Shown: one piece after another, positions 8,244 through 17,618 of the stretch
How the letters are laid out: every line of letters begins with the position of its first letter
How positions within the stretch are numbered: position 1 is the stretch's first letter
Virus record (IMG/VR): IMGVR_UViG_3300050509_000576
Origin: an uncultured virus (IMG/VR IMGVR_UViG_3300050509_000576)
Lineage: Duplodnaviria; Heunggongvirae; Uroviricota; Caudoviricetes
Direction: 5' to 3' (one strand)
Length of the DNA stretch: 64,000 nucleotides
The notes under the pieces: generated by a model
What the model saw: only the letters and a program-made list of their open reading frames with translations
What the model was told of the DNA's origin: nothing
Database searches by the model: none
Position numbers and translations under genes: made by a program

Positions 8244-8931
8244 CGTCGTCTCCCTCGCGCTCGATTGCTACCTGGAATAACCCGTATTCAATCCCGTTGG
8301 AATCCCGCGAATCCGGGCGGCCTTCGCCGACGCCCACCTGTCGGCCGGCCCGGATGAGGAGGTTGGTGACGTCCTGCGTGCTGAATTGTTCCTCATCATA
8401 GCGAATGGTCAGGTTGGCCGCCCATTCGCGCCACAAGGGCCGGACGCGCAAATCAATCACCCCCGTGGCATTCCGTACCGGGAGAATACTCTGTTCCGGG
8501 GTGCCTTCAATGCGCACGAGGGGGGTTCCGTCTACGACGTCCAGGCCGTCCGCCACAATAAAGACGGACAGTTTGGCAATCGTCATTTTAAAGCCCACGA
8601 GCCGGCACGTACTGATAAGGGCGTTGCGAAACGCGGCGCAGGGAATGCCGCAGGTGCCATCGGCAAAGAGGTGCATCGCTTGGCGGTAATCCTCGTCAAA
8701 ATCGCGGGCTTCCCGGACGCGTTTGGAGCGGGCCTGGGAGCCTTGCCGGTGCGTTTCTTGGATTTTGGCAATCGCTTTTTGGCTAAAGCGGCACTGCATG
8801 TACGGCGCCAGGCCGTGAATGCGAAAGGTCGCGGAGCTTTCGCGTAAGGGGCGAATGGTGACACCGGGATGTGCCGGAATGACAAACGGGGTGCCATTGC
8901 GAGGGCTCGGCGCGGGTTGCGTGCGTGGCAT
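8218..8931 (-). CDS. Stand-alone Cas7/RAMP-like RNA-binding protein (Vipr-like)
   Basis: F.I.G..P first strand, GIP..AF.NAL motif, R.RP.W.EW...L.I.Y, Gly-rich loop AGRQVGVGEGRP...G.EYGLF.V typical of RAMP proteins; AGGAGAG RBS. Confidence 0.8.
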   Translation of the reverse strand: MPRTQPAPSPRNGTPFVIPAHPGVTIRPLRESSATFRIHGLAPYMQCRFSQKAIAKIQETHRQGSQARSKRVREARDFDEDYRQAMHLFADGTCGIPCAAFRNALISTCRLVGFKMTIAKLSVFIVADGLDVVDGTPLVRIEGTPEQSILPVRNATGVIDLRVRPLWREWAANLTIRYDEEQFSTQDVTNLLIRAGRQVGVGEGRPDSRDSNGIEYGLFQVAIEREGDDDGDTDDDT

Positions 8932-9079
8932 AGGGTCTCTCCTCTACGTGTTAGACTATTCATGACTCTTGCTACACTCTATACATCTCGGGAGCGCACT
9001 CTACAGGAACGGTTGTGCGGAGGCAAGACGAGAAATAGTCCTTGACTTTTCCACAGGTTATCCACACTATGATTCTCTC

Positions 9080-9304
9080 AGAATCAGCGTACGTGTTCAG
9101 CCCAGTGCTGCGTATGCAGAACGATTCACACGCTTGCTGTACCTGATGCTGGTACAGTTGCTCTCCGCTAGGAAGCCTCGCTTCCGGGGCCTGGGCAAGT
9201 AAGAGAGACAGCAGAGCTCTCCGTTCAGGACGTTGAACGCCGTACTAGGGAATCTGCCAGGCTTGAGCCGGCAGAGGACGTCAAAACCTTAGCGCATAAT
9301 TGAC
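9080..9304 (+). ncRNA. Free-standing TnpB omegaRNA-like scaffold plus putative guide
   Basis: Homologous to 48495-48690 (minus); ends in IS605-type right-end hairpin GGAATCTGCCAGGCTTGAGCCGGCAGAGGACGTCAA (to 9284); TATGAT box at 9068. Confidence 0.65.
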
Positions 9305-9338
9305 TCTTGCCCTCGGGCGAGATCCGCCTCTGTCCAGC

Positions 9339-9380
9339 AAGCGGCCTTCGGGACCACGAGTCCTGGGGGCCGCTTTTTTT
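9339..9380 (+). terminator. Intrinsic terminator
   Basis: GCGGCC...GGCCGC stem followed by a T tract. Confidence 0.75.
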
Positions 9381-9465
9381 GTGCCTGCTCCTCTGTGGGA
9401 TGCAGAGAAGCTGATGTCTGCCGGCGGGATGCCGGCCCACCCACGCAACCGGGAGGGTTGTCGAG

Positions 9466-10242
9466 GTGCTCAAGCAAAGTTACGACAGTCAAATCGAGAT
9501 TCCCGCAGGCATCCAAGAGCACTATGCCGAAAAAGAGGGCCGGTGGCTGCTCCAGACGGATCCTGCGGTGGACCAAGCCGTGGAAGTCAAAAACGCCTTA
9601 AACCAGGAACGCGCGTTGCGCCGTGACACCGAAAAGCAGCTCGTAGAGCTCAAGACCAAGTTTGAAGGCGTCGATCCCGAGGACTACCGCAAGCTTCAGG
9701 ACCGGGTAAAGGGCCTGGACGACGCGGAGGTGTATGACAAACAAGGCATCGAGGTCCTCATTGCCCGGCGCACCGAGTCGATGAAAAACGACCATGAACG
9801 CCATGTTGGCATGCTGAAGCGTGAGAATGACCAGCTCAAGACGACCGCCGCGGACCTGGATCGCCGCTGGCGCCAGGACCGGATTAAAACCGCGCTGCTC
9901 GACGCGGTCACGCACAGCGGTGTCCACGAGAAAGCGGTCGATGATGCGGTCCATCGCGGCCTGGCAGTCTTCACCGACCTGGACGAGCAGGGCAACGTCA
10001 TTGCCCGCAAGGGCGACGACACGGTCTATAGCAAGGATGGGGTCAATCCCCTCAACCCGAGCGAGTGGATCAGCACGCTCAAAGCCAGTGGCCAGGCCTC
10101 GCACCTCTGGCCCCCGTCGTCCGGGGGCGGTGCCCCGGCGAGTCATAGTGGCAATGGCGCGGGGATTGATTGGAACAGTATCGCGAATCCGGCAGAACGC
10201 CTGACCCGCTTTCGCGAGTGGCAGGCGACGCAAACCCGCTAA
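9466..10242 (+). CDS. Capsid scaffolding protein
   Basis: Coiled coil, HLWP.SSGGGA C-terminal motif, directly upstream of the capsid gene. Confidence 0.8.
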   Translation: MLKQSYDSQIEIPAGIQEHYAEKEGRWLLQTDPAVDQAVEVKNALNQERALRRDTEKQLVELKTKFEGVDPEDYRKLQDRVKGLDDAEVYDKQGIEVLIARRTESMKNDHERHVGMLKRENDQLKTTAADLDRRWRQDRIKTALLDAVTHSGVHEKAVDDAVHRGLAVFTDLDEQGNVIARKGDDTVYSKDGVNPLNPSEWISTLKASGQASHLWPPSSGGGAPASHSGNGAGIDWNSIANPAERLTRFREWQATQTR

Positions 10243-10315
10243 CTCCTCCCCTGACAAGCCTCCTGGCAGGGCGCTACGGCAGGGGTAGGGACATCCGTAC
10301 GGAGGAAACACCCCT

Positions 10316-11251
10316 ATGGCCCTGACAATCGTCGAAGCCTCGAAACTGAACTCTGGTGACGTCGCACGCAATGCGATCGTCGAGATGTACGCGAGGAATT
10401 CTGACATCCTGAGAGTGTTACCTTTTGAAGGCATCGCGGGCAACGCGCTCAAGTATAATCGTGAGGATATTTTGCCTGGTGTGGGATTTCGTGGCGTGAA
10501 TGAGGGTTTCACCGAGTCGGTTGGCGTGCTCAACCCTATCACAGAATCCCTTGTCATTGCTGGGGGAGACCTGGATGTTGATCGGTTCATCACGCAAACC
10601 ATGGGAGCCAACCAACGCAGCGTGCAGGAGGGTCTGAAGGTCAAGGCTCTCGCGCATCGCTGGACACTGGCTTTTATAAAAGGTGACAGTTCAGCCGACC
10701 CGAGAGAGTTCGATGGTTTGCAACGGCGCATCCCTCCAGGCTCCAGTCAGCTCCTTGACGCGGGTGCCACGTCAGGGGGGGATGCGCTGTCGCTGTTCAA
10801 GCTCGATACGCTGATCAGTAAGGTCGATGACGCGAATTTTCTCATTATGAACAACACGATGGCTTTGAGGCTGGCGCAGGCAGCGCGCAATACCGCGGTC
10901 GGCGGGTTTATCACCTGGAATCCGTCGGAGTTCGGCCAACGCGTCATGAGCTATAACGGGATTCCGATCCTTGTGGCCAAGGAAGACAACCTGGGCAACG
11001 ACATTCTTCCCTTTACCGAGGCCAATCCCGGTGGCGGTGCTGCCGCTAGTACCAGCGTCTATGCCGTCCAGATGGGCGACGGCGGGCTCGTGGGCATTCA
11101 GAACCAGGACATTAGCGTGCGCGATCTTGGGGAGCTTGAGGCAAAGCCGGTTTTTCGTACCCGCGTAGAGTGGTATGCCTCCGTGGCGGTTTTCAGCGGA
11201 CGAAGTATGGCTAGGCTGCGTGGAATCAAGGATGCAGCAATCGTAGTATGA
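10316..11251 (+). CDS. Major capsid protein
   Basis: ILRVLPF..I.GN...YNRE..LPGVGFR.VNE, F..GD.....EFDGL, RTRVEWY motifs; 311 aa. Confidence 0.9.
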   Translation: MALTIVEASKLNSGDVARNAIVEMYARNSDILRVLPFEGIAGNALKYNREDILPGVGFRGVNEGFTESVGVLNPITESLVIAGGDLDVDRFITQTMGANQRSVQEGLKVKALAHRWTLAFIKGDSSADPREFDGLQRRIPPGSSQLLDAGATSGGDALSLFKLDTLISKVDDANFLIMNNTMALRLAQAARNTAVGGFITWNPSEFGQRVMSYNGIPILVAKEDNLGNDILPFTEANPGGGAAASTSVYAVQMGDGGLVGIQNQDISVRDLGELEAKPVFRTRVEWYASVAVFSGRSMARLRGIKDAAIVV

Positions 11252-11409
11252 TAATGAGAACTATGATTATTGCGTCCTATGGAGACGTTGGAGGTGTGTG
11301 TTAGGCCCTCGCGTGGATAGGCACACAAGGCTTTTGATCGGGAGCTGGCCACTCCACCTAACTCACGCGAGTATACAGCATATGCCTTTGAAACTAAAGG
11401 AGAAATATA

Positions 11410-11838
11410 GTGACTACTGCTGTGTTCGACAAGGCCACGGAGCTTTTGGCGCCCGGTGCAGCCCTTGCAGCCAACGGGAGCGGTACAGGAGTGTTGCTGT
11501 ATCCTCGCGATTTTCCGATGGCCGATTGGGTTGTATACGCCTCGGGCGTCGTAGCGACCGGGACCTACGTGTTCAACCTCCAGGTCAGCGATCTCGTCGG
11601 TGGTACGTATACAACCATAGCGAGTATAACTTGGCCTGCGACGACAGCCGGGGGCAAGCTCCATGTCGGGATCAATGGGGCCCAGGCACAGTGGTTCGAC
11701 AACGATAGTAAATTTGTGCGCGTCAACTATGTGATTGGCGGCACAACGCCAGGCATTGTCGTGGGCTCTTATATCACGCTCCCGTCCAACAATGCAGGCC
11801 TGGCTACGGATGTGGGTGACATATATACTTTTGTTTAG
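11410..11838 (+). CDS. Putative capsid decoration protein
   Basis: Beta-rich, follows the capsid gene, AAGGAG RBS. Confidence 0.6.
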   Translation: MTTAVFDKATELLAPGAALAANGSGTGVLLYPRDFPMADWVVYASGVVATGTYVFNLQVSDLVGGTYTTIASITWPATTAGGKLHVGINGAQAQWFDNDSKFVRVNYVIGGTTPGIVVGSYITLPSNNAGLATDVGDIYTFV

Positions 11839-11846
11839 ACTAGTTA

Positions 11847-12620
11847 TTATAATCCCTTATGGCGTTGGAGGGCAAGGCGCATACCATTGACAGTAACGCC
11901 AAAGTATTGCGCAATGTCCTTGCGTAGGAATTGTCCTGAAGCTAAAAGTCGCTCGATTTCATCGAGGATTGCCTCAGTAAATTTGACTTGAGGATGTGTA
12001 TCACCCCGGCGGCGGTTCTGAAGGTGTGACATATGACCTTTGATACTCGCGTCAATCAAATTGTCTTGTTGGGTTCCATCCCACAAGTGTTTGAGGTTCA
12101 CACACGGGGGTGTGTCACACGTATGGCAAATGTTGATACCGGACTGGGGCCAGACGCCATACTCCAAGAACCATCTGACGACATGTGCCCCTACGGTCAT
12201 GCCACGCTCTGGAACCCAGATTTTGCCGTATCCATTGCCAAAGGTGCCTGCTTGCCACAGCCAGCACTCATCCGGGCCAGCGAGCAACACTTTTTCCCAG
12301 AATCGCTCGGCAAGTGGCCGTGTTCTGAGGGGAATACCGGCTCTACTCGTACAGGCTCTGGAGCAATACGTTCCTCCACCTTCTGGCAGGAGGTCGGAAG
12401 GTTTGACGGTAAATGTTTTGCCACACGGTTCATAGGCACATATCCTCACCGGACGTATCGCGTGGGCGTGGAGATGTTTCGCTTCGGCATTCGCCCGGTT
12501 ATGACACAGTTTCGAGCAATATTTAGCGCGATCTCGTTGGGATTGAATGACGGTAAAGGGTTGGCGACAGGGAAGATAGGCACAAATCAGCGTATAGCGC
12601 GGCGAGCGTGGCTTACCCAT
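11847..12620 (-). CDS. HNH homing endonuclease with N-terminal Cys-rich repeats
   Basis: RFWEKV, CWLWQ, GYG, AH, ICHTCDTPPCVN..HL..GT..DN..D; YCS..C repeats. Confidence 0.9.
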   Translation of the reverse strand: MGKPRSPRYTLICAYLPCRQPFTVIQSQRDRAKYCSKLCHNRANAEAKHLHAHAIRPVRICAYEPCGKTFTVKPSDLLPEGGGTYCSRACTSRAGIPLRTRPLAERFWEKVLLAGPDECWLWQAGTFGNGYGKIWVPERGMTVGAHVVRWFLEYGVWPQSGINICHTCDTPPCVNLKHLWDGTQQDNLIDASIKGHMSHLQNRRRGDTHPQVKFTEAILDEIERLLASGQFLRKDIAQYFGVTVNGMRLALQRHKGL

Positions 12621-12775
12621 CGAATGACCTCCTTGTTCGGTCAAAAGGTATGGTACCAGGCTCTTGCATGAACAAGGCATACAAGACGAGGCGCTGATCA
12701 GGCGCACCTGGCAATAGAGAATTATAGCACAAACTATTGATTTTGCGCTATGTATTCATGAAGGAGTAGTACGCA

Positions 12776-13183
12776 ATGCCCCAAAATCCAGTTTTAGTTT
12801 ATGCCAAAGAGGACGGGACTCCCTGCTATATGCACACCGTCGATGCGCGTGAAGCGGTGCGCCTGGGCGATTACACGGCCGCCCCGCCAGGGGGCAAGGA
12901 CCCGGAGCCCGAGGCGCGGGCGTCGGCGATGAGCCGCTTTCGCACCGGCCAGGGCACCACGCATCCCGAGCTCCAGACCGAGGAGGAGCGCGACGAGGCC
13001 CGGGCCAAGGCGAATGAGCAGGCGGAGCTCATGGCGGGCGTGCCGGAAGGCGCGCAGGTCGTCGTGATGGCGCCCAGCAAGGCCGATGCGCCGAGTGCCC
13101 GGAGCACGGCGCGGAGTCATCAGGCCACGGCCAGTAGCAGTACGCCCCCGGCCAATCCGCCCGCCTCGCGGCGCAGTGAATAG
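12776..13183 (+). CDS. Hypothetical protein (head module)
   Basis: AAGGAG RBS. Confidence 0.65.
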   Translation: MPQNPVLVYAKEDGTPCYMHTVDAREAVRLGDYTAAPPGGKDPEPEARASAMSRFRTGQGTTHPELQTEEERDEARAKANEQAELMAGVPEGAQVVVMAPSKADAPSARSTARSHQATASSSTPPANPPASRRSE

Positions 13184-13191
13184 GCGCGGCG

Positions 13192-13725
13192 ATGGCCCTC
13201 GATGCCACGCCGGCGGGGAGTGCGAGTAACAGTTACGTGACTGTTGCGGACGCGACCCTGTACCTTCAGCAGCGCCCGTATCACGAGGCGTGGGATGCCG
13301 CGCTGGTCAGTGGCGATGCGGCCCCGGCACTCATGTGGGCCACGAGCCTGCTCGATAGCCTGGTGCACTGGTACGGGACGCCGACCACACCGACGCAGGC
13401 CCTGGCCTGGCCGCAAACGGGGCAGGTCGATCGCTATGGGCGCCCGATTGATCCGCTGCTCATTCCCATTCGGTTGGAGCAGGCGACGGCCGTGTATGCC
13501 CTCGCGCTGCTCGGCGATACGACGCTGAGCCAGCCGAACGGCGGCAGTCAGCAGGCAGGGATCAAGTCCACGAAGATTGGCGGGACGACGATCACCTATC
13601 AAGACACGACTAACGCCGTGGCGGCCACGTCTCCCGTTACCAGCGTGCCGAGCGAGGTACGGGCCTTGCTCAAGGGGTACGGGGTGATGGCGGGCATGAT
13701 CGCGATTCCGATTCTGCGGACGTAG
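13192..13725 (+). CDS. Head-tail adaptor
   Basis: NSYVTVADA..Y, AL..AT..LD, QALAWP motifs; position after the capsid genes. Confidence 0.8.
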   Translation: MALDATPAGSASNSYVTVADATLYLQQRPYHEAWDAALVSGDAAPALMWATSLLDSLVHWYGTPTTPTQALAWPQTGQVDRYGRPIDPLLIPIRLEQATAVYALALLGDTTLSQPNGGSQQAGIKSTKIGGTTITYQDTTNAVAATSPVTSVPSEVRALLKGYGVMAGMIAIPILRT

Positions 13726-13835
13726 GCGTATGCCGTCGAGCGGGGGGGATGTGATCAGGACCCCGCGTCCTCAAGGGACGTGAGATAGAGGGTTGATCAG
13801 GCCCACCTGACCACAACCGCCGGGAAGTATAGCAT

Positions 13836-14150
13836 ATGCACGCTGCGCTTGTCGCCTTCTTAACGGATACGGTGCTGGTGGCCCCCTACACGGGCCAGGA
13901 CGGCTATGGCGTGCCCACGTATGGCGCACCCGTCGCGACCCCCTGCCGCGTCGAGTACCGCACGCAGGTCTTTACTAATGCGCAGGGGCAAGAACGGGTC
14001 AGCCGGGCGCTGTTGTTCTTTGATGGTACGGTCACGCTGGGCATCCGCGATAAGCTGACGCTCGAAGATGGGTCGAGCCCGACGATTGAGCGGGTCGATC
14101 TGTGGAAAACGCCGCAAGGGACGCCCGACCACCTGGAGGTCATCATATGA
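13836..14150 (+). CDS. Head closure protein
   Basis: D.YG.P.YG, CRVE, G.E.VS; synteny. Confidence 0.7.
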   Translation: MHAALVAFLTDTVLVAPYTGQDGYGVPTYGAPVATPCRVEYRTQVFTNAQGQERVSRALLFFDGTVTLGIRDKLTLEDGSSPTIERVDLWKTPQGTPDHLEVII

Positions 14151-14536
14151 TCACCATTACCCTTGAAGGCATCGACGCCCTGCGCCAGTCGTGGCAGCGG
14201 CTGCAAGCCCAGGTTGGCCCCGCGGTCGCCCACGCCTTGAAGACGGAAGCGGATCAGATCCTAGAGGCCAGCTTGCCGCTCGTGCCGGTGGACACGACGC
14301 TGCTCATTCTGACGGGCATGGTCGAGGGCCCCACGGCCAGCGGCCAGGAGACGACGGTCGACATCCGCTATGGGGGGCATGGGCTCGCGCCGTATGCCAT
14401 TGTGCAGCATGAGAATACGGCGTTCAACCATCCCAACGGGGGTCAGCACCACTATTTGTCCGAACCCGTGTTTACCGCCACGGGCGGGATGGCCGAGCGG
14501 TTCGCTGCCCTCATTGGCCCCGCCCTGCGAGGCTAG
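14147..14536 (+). CDS. Tail completion / neck protein (HK97 gp10-like)
   Basis: I.LEGID.L, VPVDT..L, YA..QHE, YL..P. Confidence 0.75.
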   Translation: MITITLEGIDALRQSWQRLQAQVGPAVAHALKTEADQILEASLPLVPVDTTLLILTGMVEGPTASGQETTVDIRYGGHGLAPYAIVQHENTAFNHPNGGQHHYLSEPVFTATGGMAERFAALIGPALRG

Positions 14537-14538
14537 CG

Positions 14539-14802
14539 ATGCCCCAGTTTATGCGCCACGATGGCTATGGCAATCCGCTGCCCGAGCTGGCCGACGCCCG
14601 CCAGGCCGTCCTCTACGAGCGGCCCTTTAATGTCCAGCAGCGGCGCACCATTCTCCAACTGCTCGACGAACAGTGGCGCAAACTGCTCCGCAAGGGCATG
14701 CACGGCGACGTGACGCTCACCTTTTACGTCCGCGACGGGCTCATTCAACCCGACCTGGCCGTCACGGAGACGCATGTCTACCGTAGCGTCAAGGACGAGT
14801 AG
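14539..14802 (+). CDS. Hypothetical protein
   Basis: Packed within the operon. Confidence 0.6.
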   Translation: MPQFMRHDGYGNPLPELADARQAVLYERPFNVQQRRTILQLLDEQWRKLLRKGMHGDVTLTFYVRDGLIQPDLAVTETHVYRSVKDE

Positions 14803-14803
14803 C

Positions 14804-15217
14804 ATGGCACTGCTAGACGAGTTAGGGGCGTATCTCCAGAGTCACGGCGTGGCGGCCGTGGGGAACACGCTCTTTAAGGGGCGGTTGCCGCTCGATACGC
14901 TCGAGAACACGGTGCCGGTCCTCGCGCTGATCGAAGTGCCGGGGTTGCCGCCCGTGCGCAGCCATGACGTGCCGGTGGCGCGCTACGAACAGCCCGTGGT
15001 GCAAGTCGCCACGCGTGGGGCGCCGTATGGCTATCCGGCCGCGCGGGCGGCAGCACAGGCGGCGTGGGACGTCCTCGACGGCGTGCAGAATGCGTCGCTC
15101 AGTGGCACGTTTTACCTCTGGCTCCAGGCGCTCCAGAGTCCGTACTGGCTGCGCACCGATGACTTTCAGCGACCCGTGCTGCTCTTTAATGTGCGCTGTG
15201 CGCGGGCACTGGGCTAA
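14804..15217 (+). CDS. Tail terminator-like protein
   Basis: P.VQV..RG, A.QSP..L..D...R....FN; synteny. Confidence 0.7.
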   Translation: MALLDELGAYLQSHGVAAVGNTLFKGRLPLDTLENTVPVLALIEVPGLPPVRSHDVPVARYEQPVVQVATRGAPYGYPAARAAAQAAWDVLDGVQNASLSGTFYLWLQALQSPYWLRTDDFQRPVLLFNVRCARALG

Positions 15218-15226
15218 GGAGTCGCC

Positions 15227-15538
15227 ATGGCCCTGATCGAACGCTTGATGGGACAGCCGTTTGAGCCCGACCATGCGCGGAAAATTTCCGTCCACGAGTT
15301 TGCGGCGGCGGCCTATGAAGTCGCTTTTGGCCCACGCACGGTGGCGCAGATTAAGCAGTATTATGCCATGACGCCCGAAGATGCCGCAGAATATGATGCC
15401 CTCATTGCCCAGGTGAGCGGCACGGATGCCGTCAAGCACCGTATCATTTTTCAGTTCGAACAGGTCTTTATCCTGGCGGAGATGCGGGCGGGCTTCTACG
15501 ACACCCCGGCGCTTGTGCGGTCGCGGCTAGGACTCTAG
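15227..15538 (+). CDS. Hypothetical protein
   Basis: AAGGAG RBS. Confidence 0.65.
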   Translation: MALIERLMGQPFEPDHARKISVHEFAAAAYEVAFGPRTVAQIKQYYAMTPEDAAEYDALIAQVSGTDAVKHRIIFQFEQVFILAEMRAGFYDTPALVRSRLGL

Positions 15539-15540
15539 GC

Positions 15541-16827
15541 ATGCCCCTGCAATGTTTTGTCGATGCGTTTAATATCGGCACTGGGGCCGTCGCCAGTACG
15601 GTCGTCCGGACCGGGTACGGGTTCCAACCCAAAGCGTGTTTGTACTGGTGGAGTGGGCGGACCGAGAGTACCACGACGTTTGCGCGCAAGAACCTGCAAA
15701 TGGGGGCGGGGATGGCGAGTAGTGCAACGGCACGCGCCTGTGTGACCATGCTCTCCCAGGATACGACCACAACGATGGTGACGAATCGGCGTCATGACGC
15801 CGCCAATGTGATTGCCTGCACGACGACCTCAGACACGACGGACGGCAGTGCGGACCTCCAAAGCTTTGATGCCGGGGGGCAAACACTGGTCATTACCGAC
15901 CAATTTACGACGAACCTGCGCGTCCACTGCCTGGCGTTGGGTGGTACTGATCTGACGAACGCCATTGTGGTCCAGTTTGCCGGGCCGGGCGCCAACGGGA
16001 ACCAGGACACGACGACCGTGGGCTTTCAGCCCGATGCGCTGGTGCTGCTCTCCAGCATTCAGGACGTGGCGAGTGGGACGACCCAGAATTTTACCGGGCA
16101 ATTGCTGTTTGGTCTGGCAACGGGGCCCAGCAATCAGGGGGTAGTGGCGCTGACCGATAAAGACGCGTCGGCCGATGCGTCCACCAGTCGCTATAGCTAC
16201 GGGGGCGAGTGTCTGGCGTCGCCCAATGACACGGCGACTGCGGTGGGGCGCCGTGCCGCGTTCGTGAGTTTTCTCTCCAACGGCTTCCGGCTCAACTGGT
16301 TAGAGTTTAGCTCGGCCGGCTTTCAGTATTTTGCGCTCGCCCTCAAGGGGGGGCGCTATGCGGTGGGCAATGTTGTCACCTCAACGACGATCAACACGAC
16401 GATTCCTGTCACGGGGTTGGGCTTTGCCCCCTCGGGGCTCTGGCTCATGAGTGCGGCGGCGCCGGTGGATGTGCAAGCCACGGTGCGGACCCAAGCGACG
16501 GTAGCAGTAGGTGGGGCAACAAGTCCCACGAACCGGGCGTGTCAGGGTGCGGTGTCCGAACATGCGGTCGCGACGGCGGTCTGTGCCAGTAGTACGCGCG
16601 AGGATGGCTGCCTGGAACTCCTCAATAGTGGCAGCGTGAGTGCCGGGGTCGTGGATGTGCAGAGTATGGATGCTGGCGGGTTTACGCTCATTATGGACGT
16701 GGCAGACGTGACCACGACGAAGTACGTGACGTATCTGGCCTGCGGCAGCACGCCCGTAACCGTGGTCCCCCGGTCACTCGACCATAGCACGGTCCTGCAG
16801 GCCGTCACCCGCGCCCGGTATTTTTAG
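15541..16827 (+). CDS. Putative virion protein with three internal repeats
   Basis: Three G.GF.P ... GFTL/GFRL modules; Thr/Gly-rich. Confidence 0.65.
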   Translation: MPLQCFVDAFNIGTGAVASTVVRTGYGFQPKACLYWWSGRTESTTTFARKNLQMGAGMASSATARACVTMLSQDTTTTMVTNRRHDAANVIACTTTSDTTDGSADLQSFDAGGQTLVITDQFTTNLRVHCLALGGTDLTNAIVVQFAGPGANGNQDTTTVGFQPDALVLLSSIQDVASGTTQNFTGQLLFGLATGPSNQGVVALTDKDASADASTSRYSYGGECLASPNDTATAVGRRAAFVSFLSNGFRLNWLEFSSAGFQYFALALKGGRYAVGNVVTSTTINTTIPVTGLGFAPSGLWLMSAAAPVDVQATVRTQATVAVGGATSPTNRACQGAVSEHAVATAVCASSTREDGCLELLNSGSVSAGVVDVQSMDAGGFTLIMDVADVTTTKYVTYLACGSTPVTVVPRSLDHSTVLQAVTRARYF

Positions 16828-16836
16828 GAGGTTGCC

Positions 16837-17301
16837 ATGGCCGCTGGCTATGTGGTATCCACGATAGGGTCGTTGGCCCTCGCCGCCACGACGGCGAAGA
16901 CGATCCTCAACGTGATTTCGGGCGCCAATGCCCTAACCCGCATTGTCGAGCTCTCCGTCTCCTTTGACGGCGTAACGGCGACGGCCGTGCCCGCCGTGGT
17001 TGAGCTGGTGTCATCCACGCAGGCAGGCGCTGGGACGCCCGGGACCACGCCGACCATTTACCAGATGCGCGGGCCGACGCGCACCGTGCAGGCGACGGCA
17101 GCCCAAAACTATAGTGCGGAACCCACCGTGCTTTCACCCTGGAAGCGCTGGTTGGTCCCCGTGTTTAACGGCCTCCTGGTGGTGCAGTTTCCCCTCGGTC
17201 GAGAGCCCGAGCAGATCGTCACGGCTGATGCGATTGGGATTCGCGTTACAGCACCGGCCATCGTGAACGTATCTGCTTTTTTGGAGTGGGAGGAAGGATA
17301 G
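16837..17301 (+). CDS. Putative virion structural protein
   Basis: AGGAGG RBS; beta-rich; ends WEEG. Confidence 0.65.
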   Translation: MAAGYVVSTIGSLALAATTAKTILNVISGANALTRIVELSVSFDGVTATAVPAVVELVSSTQAGAGTPGTTPTIYQMRGPTRTVQATAAQNYSAEPTVLSPWKRWLVPVFNGLLVVQFPLGREPEQIVTADAIGIRVTAPAIVNVSAFLEWEEG

Positions 17302-17305
17302 CCCG

Positions 17306-17488
17306 ATGGTCTATCTCATTACCTCGGGGCGGTTTTGGGGGCTAGCGGACGTGGAGGAAGTGCGTCTGCCGTATGCCACGCTCGAAGAAGCCCGGGCCCA
17401 GGCCACGCAGGAACAGGCGACGGGGAAGCCGCCGCTGCGGATTGAAGACGAGACGCAGGGCGTGCTGTGGACACCGCAGAAGGAGTAA
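17306..17488 (+). CDS. Hypothetical protein
   Basis: RBS and operon packing. Confidence 0.5.
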   Translation: MVYLITSGRFWGLADVEEVRLPYATLEEARAQATQEQATGKPPLRIEDETQGVLWTPQKE

Positions 17489-17618
17489 CCCTTGGGGTCG
17501 TTATCAGACGATGCGGCCGTGCCCTTTCCGCCACCTTCGGGAGACTGGGGCACGATTACCCATTGGCTCATTGTGCTCCCGCCAGCCGAGCCTGAGCCAG
17601 ACTCGAAGGAGTAACGCC

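Noticed and set aside
9047..9066. Tandem DnaA-box-like sequences (TTTTCCACA, TTATCCACA)
   Set aside because: Only two boxes, lying in a promoter-like segment homologous to 48693-48726 where they are absent; a better origin candidate exists in the initiator gene
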